From: Coleofasciculus sp. B1-GNL1-01
GTDB taxonomy: Bacteria > Cyanobacteriota > Cyanobacteriia > Cyanobacteriales > Coleofasciculaceae
Assembly (NCBI GenBank): GCA_040220235.1
Contig: JAVJTO010000102.1
DNA length: 64,000 nucleotides
Reading direction: 5' to 3' (one strand)
The notes beneath the pieces are model-generated. The model was not told the DNA's origin. It did not search any database and was given only the letters and a program-made list of their open reading frames with translations. The stretch's first letter is position 1. Each line of letters opens with the position of its first letter. Positions 9,904 to 20,196 of this stretch are shown here, in pieces. The position numbers were made by a program, and so were the translations under genes.

Positions 9904-10115
9904 TAGATTGCTTCCCCATCTTCAAGAGTATACAAATCGGGTTCATCGTACAGGAAGTTGAACGAGCCACCCTTTTGAGCCATTTGCATTAAGTCACCCG
10001 TTGAAGGACTTGATGATTCAAAAAATAGCTTTTCCTCAAGTAAATGACGTTCCTCTTTCGAGAGAGAGAGGATAACTTCGATTAGAGAGTCAACGAGTTT
10101 AGTGTTCATATTCAA
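9903..10115 (-). CDS. Putative antitoxin of the PemK toxin
   Basis: 70 aa acidic protein ending GGSFNFLYDEPDLYTLEDGEAI; stop overlaps the toxin ATG. Confidence 0.8.
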   Translation of the reverse strand: MNMNTKLVDSLIEVILSLSKEERHLLEEKLFFESSSPSTGDLMQMAQKGGSFNFLYDEPDLYTLEDGEAI

Positions 10116-10268
10116 TGGTATTGTTATCCTCTAGTTAAGCCAAATTCAGTGTTTTGTAGAAGCTGTATCCCAGTCAGCTCAAGCCTCTAGTTTGGCATCC
10201 TAACCGATAAGCGATCGCACGTTGATCGGTCATCGTCTTGTTCTCCTGAGTTGAGCCAGATTCAGTCA

Positions 10269-10739
10269 TCAAAAGTGACGCCACCAATATTGTTTTAGTT
10301 GGTAGGCTTGGCGCAGGTGTTCCAAGGCGGCTGTTGATAGCAACCCTTTCACCAAAGCAACAAATTGTCCCCAGGCTAGCAATTGGGATTCACTCGTGGC
10401 TCGGTTGAACTGGTATCTATAGAATATTGTCCAAAATTCAGGCGCAATTGCAGACTTCCAGCGCTTGCGCCAGCGCACCATGTCTTGAAGTGTGGGAGGT
10501 TCAGCGTCCAGGATGGGTGGAAAGTCGGCGTAGCTGACGAAACGGCTCAACCCTTTGCCATGAACGTAAACGATATGTTTCCAGCATTCGATGCGATAAA
10601 TCTCGTCAGGAGAGCGGTTAAACAGTAAGGCGACTGTCTCAACGGTGACGAATCGTGCCAAGGGGTGACGGGTGGAGGATTTGTAATTGAGTTTTGAGGC
10701 TTCAAAGGTGGGCGTTTTTGTGGTATGTGTTGATAACAT
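10269..10739 (-). CDS. Hypothetical 156-aa protein, divergent from XRE HTH
   Basis: Intact ORF (IYRIECW..VYVHGKGLSRFVSYAD); remnants of further copies at 6448, 8535, 9240 and 11100. Confidence 0.8.
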   Translation of the reverse strand: MLSTHTTKTPTFEASKLNYKSSTRHPLARFVTVETVALLFNRSPDEIYRIECWKHIVYVHGKGLSRFVSYADFPPILDAEPPTLQDMVRWRKRWKSAIAPEFWTIFYRYQFNRATSESQLLAWGQFVALVKGLLSTAALEHLRQAYQLKQYWWRHF

Positions 10740-10788
10740 AGTAATTGATTCCCATGCAATGGTAAGTCATTCCCTTGTAGTGGGGTGG

Positions 10789-10838
10789 AAAGGGCGATCG
10801 CTCTTAAGTTTGCGAGACTGGGAGAGCGATCGCTTTTT
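10789..10838 (+). terminator. HIP1-based hairpin with U-tract (copy 1)
   Basis: aagggcgatcgctct...agagcgatcgcttttt; G.U pairs and a T-run on the + strand. Confidence 0.6.
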
Positions 10839-10856
10839 CCAATTCTCTCATTAAAC

Positions 10857-10870
10857 GATGCAACTGCATC
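10857..10870. promoter_or_regulatory. Putative operator palindrome GATGCA-AC-TGCATC
   Basis: Ends 11 bp before the HTH ATG; equivalent palindrome at the same position in copy 2. Confidence 0.65.
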
Positions 10871-10881
10871 ACTTGTCAAGG

Positions 10882-11094
10882 ATGGGGTTAGTTAGGCTAA
10901 AGATTCGAGAACTTGCACAAGAGAAGGGATGGACGTTGAAGGAAGTGTCCGATCGTTCCGGAGTCATTTACAGTACGGTGAGAAGTTATGCCCGTCGTCC
11001 TGGAATGTCAATGGTCGATTATACTGCCCTCTATAAGTTGGCTCGAACCTTTGATGTGATGATTGAGGACTTGGTTGAGATTTTGGAGGAGTAG
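10882..11094 (+). CDS. XRE/Cro-C1 HTH regulator, copy 1
   Basis: LKIRELAQEKGWTLKEVSDRSGVIYSTVRSY; start set by alignment with copy 2. Confidence 0.9.
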   Translation: MGLVRLKIRELAQEKGWTLKEVSDRSGVIYSTVRSYARRPGMSMVDYTALYKLARTFDVMIEDLVEILEE

Positions 11095-11099
11095 TGGCT

Positions 11100-11183
11100 C
11101 AACTTTCCCCAAGCTAGCAATCGTGATTCAGTTGTAGATCCGTTGACAAGGATGGGCGTTTTTGTTGTAGGTGTTGATAACAT
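11100..11183 (-). pseudogene. Internally deleted copy of the 156-aa gene
   Basis: ATG region matches 10709-10739; ccccaagctagcaatcgtgattca matches 10370-10393. Confidence 0.75.
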
Positions 11184-11211
11184 AAAAGATACTTCCCATG
11201 TAATGGGGTGG

Positions 11212-11260
11212 AAAGGGCGATCGCTCTTGGGTTTGTCAGACTTAGAAGAGCGATCGCTTT
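11212..11260 (+). terminator. HIP1-based hairpin (copy 2)
   Basis: aaagggcgatcgctctt...aagagcgatcgcttt; inner stem sequence changed but pairing kept. Confidence 0.55.
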
Positions 11261-11280
11261 ATATATCAGAATTATCATAA

Positions 11281-11294
11281 GGTGCAATTGCACC
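11281..11294. promoter_or_regulatory. Putative operator palindrome GGTGCAATTGCACC
   Basis: Perfect 14-bp palindrome ending 11 bp before the HTH2 ATG. Confidence 0.65.
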
Positions 11295-11305
11295 GATAGT
11301 CAAGT

Positions 11306-11518
11306 ATGGGTTTAGTCAGGCTGAAAATTCGCGAACTGGCGGCTGAGAAAGGCTGGACGCTCAAGGAGGTTGCTGATCGTTCTGGCGTGACGTACAACAC
11401 GGTCAAAAGCTATGCCCGCCGTTCTGAGTTGTCAATGGTAGACTTTACCGCTATTCACAAGTTGGCTCGAACCTTTGATGTGATGATTGAGGATGTGGTT
11501 GAAATTTTGGAGGAGTAG
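11306..11518 (+). CDS. XRE/Cro-C1 HTH regulator, copy 2
   Basis: 58/70 aa identical to copy 1. Confidence 0.9.
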   Translation: MGLVRLKIRELAAEKGWTLKEVADRSGVTYNTVKSYARRSELSMVDFTAIHKLARTFDVMIEDVVEILEE

Positions 11519-11529
11519 ACGCGATAAAC

Positions 11530-11672
11530 TGTAATCAACTGACGTTCAAGAATAACGATTCTTATCACCCTAATTTTAGAGAAAACCGCTAGTCAAGTAT
11601 TGGAAAATTCTGGCTCTAAAGCATCTAGAACAAATTCATCTGGACTGAGACAGGTGAGATTCTGAGACGAAA
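11530..11672 (-). pseudogene. Internal fragment of a second PemK/MazF toxin gene
   Basis: Colinear 143-bp match to 9634-9776. Confidence 0.85.
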
Positions 11673-11687
11673 CAAGTCCGATTTTTT

Positions 11688-11786
11688 GGGAGCATCCCAA
11701 TTTGGCACGTTGGCTCTTTAAATGGGGCTGAAACCCTTGCAATTACGTTACTTGAGGTAATGCTTTGTCCAAAACGGGATGCTCCC
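11688..11786. mobile_element. MITE with GGGAGCATCCC terminal inverted repeats
   Basis: gggagcatcccaatttgg / ccaaaacgggatgctccc; flanked by near-direct gattttt repeats. Confidence 0.7.
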
Positions 11787-11794
11787 GATTTTTG

Positions 11795-12577
11795 TCAATG
11801 CCCAGCTCCTGACTTTTTCTTGACAACTGAACTAACACCCAAAGCACCTAATGTTAGCAAACCTATTGTGAAAGCAGGTTCCGGTACAGATTCGACGAAC
11901 TCACCCCTAACCACAAACCGTGTACGGGAAGTACCACCATTATTACCATTACGCCAATATGGGGGATTATATCCTTCTCCGTCATTCCACCAAAAGTAGG
12001 TCGCAATGTTAGTTGGGGGGATATCGGCTTGATCTGAGTAGTTCGGCATAGCACCAACGCCAGTTGCTCCGAACAAACTGCTTCCAAAAACGAGACCGTA
12101 ACTACCGGGGGTTAGAGTAACAGAAAGTGGAACAAATATCTCACTGCTGGGAAAGGTCGTAGTCAAAATCGTTGTCGCCAAAACCTCTTCCGGCAAAAAT
12201 GGTGTTCCTTGTGGAAGTGCATCAGAGCTATTTAGCGAGATAATGGCTCCAAATATGTCATATCCCCGTACCAAGTTCCCTTGGTACAACGATCCCCCTA
12301 AAAGATGTCCGCCAATATGTGTAACCTGAAGCGGTGTATCAATTTGAAATCTCCATCCGTAAAATTGGTTGTCGCTGATAGAAGTTCCTCCCCTTTGCCC
12401 AGTAGAACCAAGTGTTGCAGACTCCAAAGTTATGGTTGATGCCTGTGTCGTGCCAACTGTTCCTAGAGCAATAAATATTCCTCCAGCAGTAGCCATTGAT
12501 AACTTTTTCAGAACAGAACTGGTTCCGGAGGCTGTGTCAGCACAAGCAACTGCAATTTTCTGGTAGATGGTTGTCAT
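11795..12577 (-). CDS. PEP-CTERM sorting domain protein
   Basis: Signal-like KKLSMATAGGIFIALG..QA; C-terminal VPEP + TM + KKK. Confidence 0.9.
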   Translation of the reverse strand: MTTIYQKIAVACADTASGTSSVLKKLSMATAGGIFIALGTVGTTQASTITLESATLGSTGQRGGTSISDNQFYGWRFQIDTPLQVTHIGGHLLGGSLYQGNLVRGYDIFGAIISLNSSDALPQGTPFLPEEVLATTILTTTFPSSEIFVPLSVTLTPGSYGLVFGSSLFGATGVGAMPNYSDQADIPPTNIATYFWWNDGEGYNPPYWRNGNNGGTSRTRFVVRGEFVESVPEPAFTIGLLTLGALGVSSVVKKKSGAGH

Positions 12578-12826
12578 ATCCAAACCTGATAAGAATTTCT
12601 ATAGCAGTACGCTCTCACGTAGTTACAGTAAAAATGTTCTAAGGCGCTCCTGATAAAGCCTCCATTTCTAATGTGTAAATACACGCCTGGCGTCGGGCTA
12701 TATTTATTAGTTTAATCCTTTCCCAGAAGCTGGATATGAAGAGTTGATGAAACAAGCATAGAATTATGTAAAGCATGGTAAAGTGCAACTTCTGAATTTG
12801 GCATAAACTCTCAAAACCTGCAATTC

Positions 12827-12857
12827 AAAATCCCCCACCCGAAGGCAGGGGATTTGT
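12827..12857 (-). terminator. Intrinsic terminator of psaAB
   Basis: aaatcccc...ggggattt hairpin about 30 bp after the psaB stop. Confidence 0.7.
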
Positions 12858-12883
12858 TTAATTACCTACAAGGCTTCAGCTCG

Positions 12884-15112
12884 TTAACCGAACTTACCCG
12901 CAGTTGAGGCAATCACAAACGCCGCATAAGTTAGGACATACCCCACCGTAAAGTGAGCTAGACCAACCACACGAGCTTGAACGATGGACAGAGCAACCGG
13001 CTTGTCCTTCCAACGAACCAGGTTCGCCAGAGGCGTGCGCTCGTGCGCCCAAACCAACGTTTCAATCAGTTCTTGCCAGTAACCACGCCAGCTAATCAGG
13101 AACATGAAGCCAGTCGCCCAGATTAGGTGTCCTAAGAGGAACATCCAAGCCCAAACCGACAGGTTATTGGTTCCAAACGGGTTGTACCCATTAATTAGCT
13201 GAGAGGAGTTCAGCCAGAGGTAGTCGCGTAGCCAACCCATCAGATAGGTTGAGTTCTGATTAAATGTAGCTACGTTGCCTTGCCAGATGCCCAGATGCTT
13301 CCAGTGCCAGTAGAAGGTTACCCAACCAATGGTATTCAGCATCCAGAACATGGCTAGATAGAAAGCGTCCCAAGCGGAGATATCGCAGGTGCCGCCACGA
13401 CCGGGACCGTCGCAGGGGAAGCTGTAGCCGAAGTCTTTTTTATCGGGCATCAGCTTAGAACCACGGGCATCCAACGCACCTTTGACCAGAATCAAAGTGG
13501 TGGTATGCAGACCGAGTGCGATCGCGTGGTGAACTAAGAAGTCACCAGGACCAATGGTCAGGAACAAGGAGTTACCGCCATCGTTAATCGCATCTAACCA
13601 ACCGGGTAACCAAACGTTCCCGTAGTTGGGCCAAGCCGTGGTCGCAATGCTATCAGGATTAGATAGCAGCGTATCGAATCCATAGAGCAGCTTACCGTGA
13701 GCCGCTTGAATCCATTGAGCGAAAACTGGCTCAATTAGAATTTGCTTTTCAGGAGTTCCAAATGCCACAACCACATCGTTGTGAACATACAGACCCAAGG
13801 TGTGGAATCCGAGGAACAAGGAAACCCAGCTCAAGTGAGAGATGATTGCTTCCTTGTGATCCAATACCCGTGCCAACACATTGTTTTTATTCGCTTCGGG
13901 GTCGTAGTCTCGCACCAGGAAGATTGCTCCGTGGGCGAAAGCACCGACCATTAAGAAGCCGGCAATGTATTGGTGGTGAGTATACAACGCTGCCTGCGTG
14001 GTGTAATCCCGCGCCATAAATGCGTAAGGCGGCAAGGAATACATGTGTTGCGCCACCAGCGAGGTCACTACACCTAAGCAAGCCAAGTGCCAACCTAACT
14101 GGAAGTGCAGCGAGTTGTTATAGGTGTCGTAGATTCCTTTGTGACCTTCACCCAACAAACCACCAAACGGGGTTCCCGGTGGGGGATTATGCGCTGCCAT
14201 GATGTCTTTCATGCTGTGTCCAATACCGAAGTTTGTCCGGTACATATGACCTGCAATGATAAACAGAACAGCGATCGCCAGGTGGTGATGAGCAATATCG
14301 GTCAGCCACAGGGATTCAGTCTGAGGATGGAACCCACCTAAGAAGGTAAGAATCGCAGATCCAGCCCCTTCAGAGGTACCAAAGATATGGTTCGCTGTAT
14401 CTGGATTCTGGGCATAAACCCCCCAGTTTCCTGTGAAAAACGGAGCTAAACCCGCTGGGTGTGGCTTGACGGACAGGAAGTTATCCCAACCCACATGCTG
14501 TCCCCGAGCTTCGGGAATCGCAACGTGAACCAGGTGGCCCGTCCATGCTAAGGAACTCACCCCAAACAAACCCGCTAAGTGGTGGTTTAGGCGAGACTCA
14601 GCATTTTTAAACCAAGCCAAGCTGGGACGGAACTTGGGTTGTAAGTGCAGCCAACCTGCAAACAGGAAGACGGCGGATAGCACAAGGAGGAACAATGCCC
14701 CTTGATACAGATCCCCATTTGTCCGCATCCCTACGGTGTACCACCAGTGATACACCCCAGAGTAAGCAATATCAACAGGGTTAGACGCACCGGCTTGGGT
14801 AAAGGCATCAACAGCCGGTTGACCGAATTGAGGGTCCCAAATCGCGTGGGCGATCGGACGGACATTGAGCGGATCTTTGATCCACTGTTCAAAGTTGCCT
14901 TGCCAGGCGACGTGGAACAGACTGCCAGAGGTCCACAGGAAAATGATTGCGAGATGACCGAAGTGAGAGGCGAAAATCTTCTGATAAAGATTTTCCTCCG
15001 TCATGCCATCATGGCTCTCAAAGTCATGGGCGGTGGCAATTCCGTACCAGATTCGACGTGTAGTCGGATCTTGAGCGAGATCCTGGCTAAATTTCGGAAA
15101 TTTTGTTGCCAT
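12884..15112 (-). CDS. psaB: Photosystem I P700 apoprotein A2
   Basis: [36 protein letters not shown] motif. Confidence 0.99.
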   Translation of the reverse strand: MATKFPKFSQDLAQDPTTRRIWYGIATAHDFESHDGMTEENLYQKIFASHFGHLAIIFLWTSGSLFHVAWQGNFEQWIKDPLNVRPIAHAIWDPQFGQPAVDAFTQAGASNPVDIAYSGVYHWWYTVGMRTNGDLYQGALFLLVLSAVFLFAGWLHLQPKFRPSLAWFKNAESRLNHHLAGLFGVSSLAWTGHLVHVAIPEARGQHVGWDNFLSVKPHPAGLAPFFTGNWGVYAQNPDTANHIFGTSEGAGSAILTFLGGFHPQTESLWLTDIAHHHLAIAVLFIIAGHMYRTNFGIGHSMKDIMAAHNPPPGTPFGGLLGEGHKGIYDTYNNSLHFQLGWHLACLGVVTSLVAQHMYSLPPYAFMARDYTTQAALYTHHQYIAGFLMVGAFAHGAIFLVRDYDPEANKNNVLARVLDHKEAIISHLSWVSLFLGFHTLGLYVHNDVVVAFGTPEKQILIEPVFAQWIQAAHGKLLYGFDTLLSNPDSIATTAWPNYGNVWLPGWLDAINDGGNSLFLTIGPGDFLVHHAIALGLHTTTLILVKGALDARGSKLMPDKKDFGYSFPCDGPGRGGTCDISAWDAFYLAMFWMLNTIGWVTFYWHWKHLGIWQGNVATFNQNSTYLMGWLRDYLWLNSSQLINGYNPFGTNNLSVWAWMFLLGHLIWATGFMFLISWRGYWQELIETLVWAHERTPLANLVRWKDKPVALSIVQARVVGLAHFTVGYVLTYAAFVIASTAGKFG

Positions 15113-15267
15113 CTGTCTTTCGTTAGGAAATCCTACAGAGACTTATGCTTTTGCTGCTCGTTTTCTGTCTTTTTTGACCCCCTGGAACCGAAGTTCCAGT
15201 TTGGGATGGGGTCGAGACAGGCAAGACCTGGTGTCCTGCTTTATAGTGGTATCGATTCAAACAGCCG

Positions 15268-17523
15268 TCATCCGACTGCTAGGATTCGTGCCAGGAAGAA
15301 TGCCCAAGTGGTGACAATTCCTCCTAGGAGGTAGTGAGCTACCCCCACAGCCCGACCCTGAATGATGCTCAGAGCGCGAGGCTGAATCGCTGGAGCCACT
15401 TTTAGTTTATTATGCGCCCAAACGATGGATTCGATCAGCTCTTGCCAGTAGCCGCGACCACTGAACAGGAACATCAAACTGAATGCCCAGACAAAGTGAG
15501 CGCCTAAGAACAGGATGCCATACGCTGACAACGCTGTGCCGTAGGAGTTAATCACCTGAGAGGCTTGCGCCCAGAGGAAGTCACGCAACCAACCGTTAAT
15601 TGTAATTGCGCTGGCGGCAAAGTTACCGCCCGTGATATGAGACACGGTACCATCTGGTGAGACTGTTCCCCAGACATCGGACTGCATCTTCCAGCTAAAG
15701 TGGAAAATTACAATCGAGATGCAGTTATACATCCAGAACAGACCGAGGAAGACGTGATCCCAAGCTGATACTTGGCAAGTACCACCCCGACCAGGACCAT
15801 CGCAGGGGAAGCGGAAACCCAAGGATGATTTGTCAGGAATCAAACGAGAGTTCCGGGCGTATAGCACACCTTTAAGCAGAATCAGTGCGGTAACATGAAT
15901 CTGGAAGGCGTGAATATGGTGGATTAAGAAATCCGCCGTTCCCAAGGTGATCGGCATCATTGCCACTTTGCCACCCACAGCAACCATGCCACCGCCAAAG
16001 GCGTAGCTAACAGGTTCTAGGGCATTGGGAGCGGTTCCGCCGGGAGCCAGGGTATGCAAATGCTGCACCCACTGAGCAAAGATCGGTTGGAGTTGAATCC
16101 CCGTATCCGAGAACATATCTTGAGGACGACCAAAAGCTCGCATCGTGTCGTTGTGAACGTACAGACCGAAGCTATGGAAGCCGAGGAAGATACAAACCCA
16201 GTTCAGGTGAGAAATAATCGCATCCCGGTGACGGATGACCCGATCCAATAGGTTATCCACATGAATATTGGGATCATAGTCCCGCACCATGAAGATTGCC
16301 GCGTGAGCAGCACCCCCAACGATACAGAAGGCACCAATCCACATGTGGTGGGTAAAGATGGACAATTGCGTACCATAATCGGTGGCTAAGTACGGATACG
16401 GAGGCATCGCGTACATGTGATGCGCCACGATAATGGTCAGCGAACCGAGCAGCGCTAAGTTCCAGGACAGTTGAGCATGCCAGGAGGTGGTGAAGATCTC
16501 ATACATCCCTTTGTGACCTTGACCGGTAAAGGGACCCTTATGAGCTTCTAGAACTTCCTTAAAGCTATGACCAATTCCCCAGTTCGTCCGGTAGAAGTGA
16601 CCTGCGATGATAAACAGAACCGCGATCGCTAAGTGGTGATGCGCGGTATCGGAGAGCCACAATCCACCTGTGGTTGGGTTTAACCCACCTTTAAAGGTGA
16701 GGAAGTCAGAATACGCCCCCCAGTTCAGGGTGAAGAACGGCTTCAACCCTTGCTCGAAACTGGGATATAACTCTGCCATCAAGCTCTTGTTCAGGATGAA
16801 CTCGTGGGGGAGAGGAATATCCTCAGGAGCTACCCCAGCATCCAGTAGCTTGTTGATCGGCAGAGAGACGTGAATCTGGTGACCCGCCCAACCTAATGAT
16901 CCACAACCTAACAATCCAGCTAAGTGGTGGTTCATTACGGACTCTACATTCTGGAACCATTCCAACTTAGGCGCCCGCTTGTGGTAGTGGAACCAGCCAG
17001 CAAACAGCATCAGGGCTGCCATGACTAGACCACCAATGGCGGTGCAGTAGAGTTGGAATTCATTGGTGATTCCAGATGCACGCCAGATTTGGAAGAATCC
17101 TGACGTGATTTGAATGCCGTGGAACCCGCCACCGACATCCGCATTTAAAATGTCTTGACCCACGATGGGCCAGACTACTTGAGCGCTTGGCTTGATATTG
17201 ATTGGATCAGTAAGCCAAGCTTCGTAGTTGGAAAACCGAGCGCCATGGAAATACATGCCGCTCAACCAGACAAAAATAACCGCTAGGTGACCGAAGTGAG
17301 CGCTAAAGATTTTGCGCGATACATCTTCTAGGTCACTGGTATGACTATCGAAATCATGAGCGTTCGCGTGAAGGTTCCAAATCCAAGTGGTGGTTTTTGG
17401 TCCCTTGGCTAGGGTACGGTCGAAATGTCCCGGTTTAGACCACTTCTCAAATGAAGTAGGAACGGGATCTTTATCAACTGTTACCTTTGCCTTCGTGTCC
17501 CGCTCAGGAGGGCTGATTGTCAT
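15268..17523 (-). CDS. psaA: Photosystem I P700 apoprotein A1
   Basis: MTISPPER start with [20 protein letters not shown]; 751 aa. Confidence 0.99.
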   Translation of the reverse strand: MTISPPERDTKAKVTVDKDPVPTSFEKWSKPGHFDRTLAKGPKTTTWIWNLHANAHDFDSHTSDLEDVSRKIFSAHFGHLAVIFVWLSGMYFHGARFSNYEAWLTDPINIKPSAQVVWPIVGQDILNADVGGGFHGIQITSGFFQIWRASGITNEFQLYCTAIGGLVMAALMLFAGWFHYHKRAPKLEWFQNVESVMNHHLAGLLGCGSLGWAGHQIHVSLPINKLLDAGVAPEDIPLPHEFILNKSLMAELYPSFEQGLKPFFTLNWGAYSDFLTFKGGLNPTTGGLWLSDTAHHHLAIAVLFIIAGHFYRTNWGIGHSFKEVLEAHKGPFTGQGHKGMYEIFTTSWHAQLSWNLALLGSLTIIVAHHMYAMPPYPYLATDYGTQLSIFTHHMWIGAFCIVGGAAHAAIFMVRDYDPNIHVDNLLDRVIRHRDAIISHLNWVCIFLGFHSFGLYVHNDTMRAFGRPQDMFSDTGIQLQPIFAQWVQHLHTLAPGGTAPNALEPVSYAFGGGMVAVGGKVAMMPITLGTADFLIHHIHAFQIHVTALILLKGVLYARNSRLIPDKSSLGFRFPCDGPGRGGTCQVSAWDHVFLGLFWMYNCISIVIFHFSWKMQSDVWGTVSPDGTVSHITGGNFAASAITINGWLRDFLWAQASQVINSYGTALSAYGILFLGAHFVWAFSLMFLFSGRGYWQELIESIVWAHNKLKVAPAIQPRALSIIQGRAVGVAHYLLGGIVTTWAFFLARILAVG

Positions 17524-17795
17524 CAGGAGTCTCCTCTCTATACAAGGAACGAGAAATATCCAAAAGGAAGTTTGCTTTTTTATCAATTTAGCGGAAAGTA
17601 CCGCTTTTGGCGTAACTTTCCTGGAAAAACGATATCCCCGTTGAAATTCAGGGGATACTCTTTTGTTGATGATAGGTCTGCTAGAGGCAGTCTTGGGCTG
17701 CACTTAACAAAAATTCAAATTTCAGCAAATCAAGGTCTACTTTGGGTTTTGATTTGAGCAAACTCCCAAAAAAGTCAAGAGTGTGATCGATAAAA

Positions 17796-17813
17796 TTTAC
17801 AAAACTAAACAAT
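17796..17813. promoter_or_regulatory. HLR1-like (RpaB-type) direct repeat upstream of psaA
   Basis: TTTACAAA-ac-TAAACAAT resembles (G/T)TTACA(T/A)(T/A) x2. Confidence 0.35.
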
Positions 17814-17949
17814 AGACAGGTTTAATCTCAGATTGGTCATTCGTCATTCGTCCTTCGTTATCTCCCCCATCCATCATGTAGAGGAGGAGTAGAGGAGGAG
17901 CCATTGTTCGCTATAGTTCCTAATGAGCAGAATTAGTTGAGGAGATGGT

Positions 17950-19989
17950 GTGTTGGCTAGGAATCTCTGGTGGAAAACAGTAAGAGCAATTTGTTCAGTC
18001 GTGCTGGTGGTAGTACTGATGGTAGGACTGGTGGCATGTGGCGATCGCACCGAAACCTTACCCCCCATTGAAGAGGAAGCCCCACCGCCAACCGAACCAG
18101 TAGCACAACTCTCAGAAGTCGCCCCACCCCCAATGATTCAGCAACTGAACCGCCGCTTAGAAAGCTATCAGCCTCAAGTCACCATCTTGAGTCCCACTCC
18201 GGATCAGATTCTCCAAGACACCACCGTCTCCGTAAAATTCCAGGTGCAGGACTTACCCCTGTTCAAAAACCCAGAATTAAACATGAGTCCTCATCTCAAC
18301 GTAATTCTTGACAATCAGTCTCATATTCCGGTTTACAACATCGATAAACCCCTAATCCTGGAAGACGTATCCCCCGGAACCCACACCCTAAGAGTTTTCG
18401 CCGCTCGTCCTTGGCATGAAAGCTTTAAAAATGAAGGAGCCTACGCTCAAACCACATTTCACGTATTTACCAAAACTGACGATAATAATCCGGTAGCCAA
18501 CCTACCGCTTTTAACCTACAACCACCCCCTAGGCAGCTATGGTACTGAGCCTATCCTGCTCGACTTCTACCTGACGAATGCTCCCCTGCACCTCGTTGCC
18601 CAAGAAAACCCAGAAGACGAGATTGTCGATTGGCAAATTCGCGTCACCATCAATGGTGAAAGTTTTACCCTTGATCGCTGGCAGTCCGTTTATCTCAACG
18701 GCTTTAAACCCGGTAAAAACTGGGTACAGCTAGAGTTTCTGGATGAGCAAGGGAATCCGGTTAAAAACGCTTACAATAACACGGCACGGCTCATTCATTA
18801 TCAGCCAGGGGGCGATGACACCCTATCTCAGTTAATGCGGAACGAACTCTCTATTGAAGTTGCCCGTAGCCTTATCGATCCCAACTATAAAGTTCAAGCC
18901 ACACCAACACCCACGCCAGAAGTAATCCCGACACCCGCACCTGAACCGACTCCATCGCCTACAGTCGAGCCAACACCAATACCGTCAGTGTCTCCCACTC
19001 CCGTTGAAGAAAAACCAACGGTTGAACCAGAGATACCCGAACAAATTCCCACCCCTGAACCCGAAACACCTATTGAAGAAAAACCAACGGTTGAACCAGA
19101 AATACCCGAACAAACTCCCGCTTCTGAACCCGAAACACCTATTGAAGAAAAACCAATACCTGAACCCAAAACCAAGGCAGAATCTCCCACAGTCGTAAAA
19201 CCTGCTATGCCAGATGCAACCGTTCCCTCAACCAAAGACTTGGCAACTCCTGAAGCCACACCCACAGACAAATCCCCCTCCCGTGGCTTTTTCAATCGCT
19301 TCTATCAAACCATCCGGGAACGATTCCAAAAACCCAAAGTGTCTCCTACCCCATCCACTGAACAACCAGAAGCACTAGAAACACCGTTACCTGAACCTGA
19401 AGTTTTGCCAGAGGAAACCGAGTCGCCGCCAGAACCGCCAGCGGATACGGAACCTGTAACTTCACCCCAGATAACTCCTGAGGAAGCCTCGAATATCGTG
19501 ACTGAGAAAACCGAATCTCAGCCAAAACCCGAAGCATCTACATCCTTGGATAAAACCCAAACATCGCCACAGGAACCCCAAGCAGAGACAGAACCAGTAA
19601 CTTCACCCCAGATAACTCCTGAGGAAGCCTCGGATATCGTGACTGAGCCAACCAAATCTCAGCCAGAACCCGAAGCATCTACATCCTTGGATAAAACTCG
19701 AACATCCCCAGAGGAACCCCAAGCGGAAACAGAACCCGCAACTCCAGCCCCAAAAACTCCCCCACCGTCATCTGAAGTGATTCCAGAGGACACAGAATCG
19801 AACCCAGAGACAACCCAAACTGCTCCAGAAGAGGCGACAGAAAAATCAGTAACTCCCGATAAACCATTGCCGCCGGAATCCCCTGAATCGGAAGAAGACA
19901 CGCCAACTCCCTCGCCAACACCAACAATTAAGCCTGTCGTTCCTGACGCTGACTTGCCACCAACCTTACCCGAACTGATTGAAAAATAA
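17950..19989 (+). CDS. Putative lipoprotein with globular N-domain and Pro/Glu/Thr-rich repetitive tail
   Basis: Lipobox-like GLVAC after a hydrophobic stretch; internal 69-bp and 141-bp duplications (19456/19597). Confidence 0.8.
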   Translation: MLARNLWWKTVRAICSVVLVVVLMVGLVACGDRTETLPPIEEEAPPPTEPVAQLSEVAPPPMIQQLNRRLESYQPQVTILSPTPDQILQDTTVSVKFQVQDLPLFKNPELNMSPHLNVILDNQSHIPVYNIDKPLILEDVSPGTHTLRVFAARPWHESFKNEGAYAQTTFHVFTKTDDNNPVANLPLLTYNHPLGSYGTEPILLDFYLTNAPLHLVAQENPEDEIVDWQIRVTINGESFTLDRWQSVYLNGFKPGKNWVQLEFLDEQGNPVKNAYNNTARLIHYQPGGDDTLSQLMRNELSIEVARSLIDPNYKVQATPTPTPEVIPTPAPEPTPSPTVEPTPIPSVSPTPVEEKPTVEPEIPEQIPTPEPETPIEEKPTVEPEIPEQTPASEPETPIEEKPIPEPKTKAESPTVVKPAMPDATVPSTKDLATPEATPTDKSPSRGFFNRFYQTIRERFQKPKVSPTPSTEQPEALETPLPEPEVLPEETESPPEPPADTEPVTSPQITPEEASNIVTEKTESQPKPEASTSLDKTQTSPQEPQAETEPVTSPQITPEEASDIVTEPTKSQPEPEASTSLDKTRTSPEEPQAETEPATPAPKTPPPSSEVIPEDTESNPETTQTAPEEATEKSVTPDKPLPPESPESEEDTPTPSPTPTIKPVVPDADLPPTLPELIEK

Positions 19990-20196
19990 TGCGAATAACT
20001 GGCTTCCCCCTTTTGAAGGGGGACGGGAGGGGGATCTAATCGGGGGACGGAAGAGGGATCGAAAAAGGAGGACGAGAGGGAAATCTGTAAGGCGATAGGT
20101 AGATCACATCTGTTGCGAATACTTGGAAAAACGGTATTACAGTGAACGGTGGGTTAGGATCTCAGCAGTAAGCAATGAACAATCATAGAGAATCGC

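Noticed and set aside
8497..10238. Junction repeats as classical integron attC sites
   Set aside because: No RYYYAAC...GTTRRRY hairpin and no IntI gene seen; only the organisation is integron-like.
14702..15334. 210-aa + strand ORF and other short ORFs antisense to or inside long genes
   Set aside because: Shadow frames of conserved genes with no independent motifs.
17524..17703. 60-aa N-terminal extension of PsaA
   Set aside because: The canonical MTISPPER start with an RBS is at 17523; the extension is 5' UTR.
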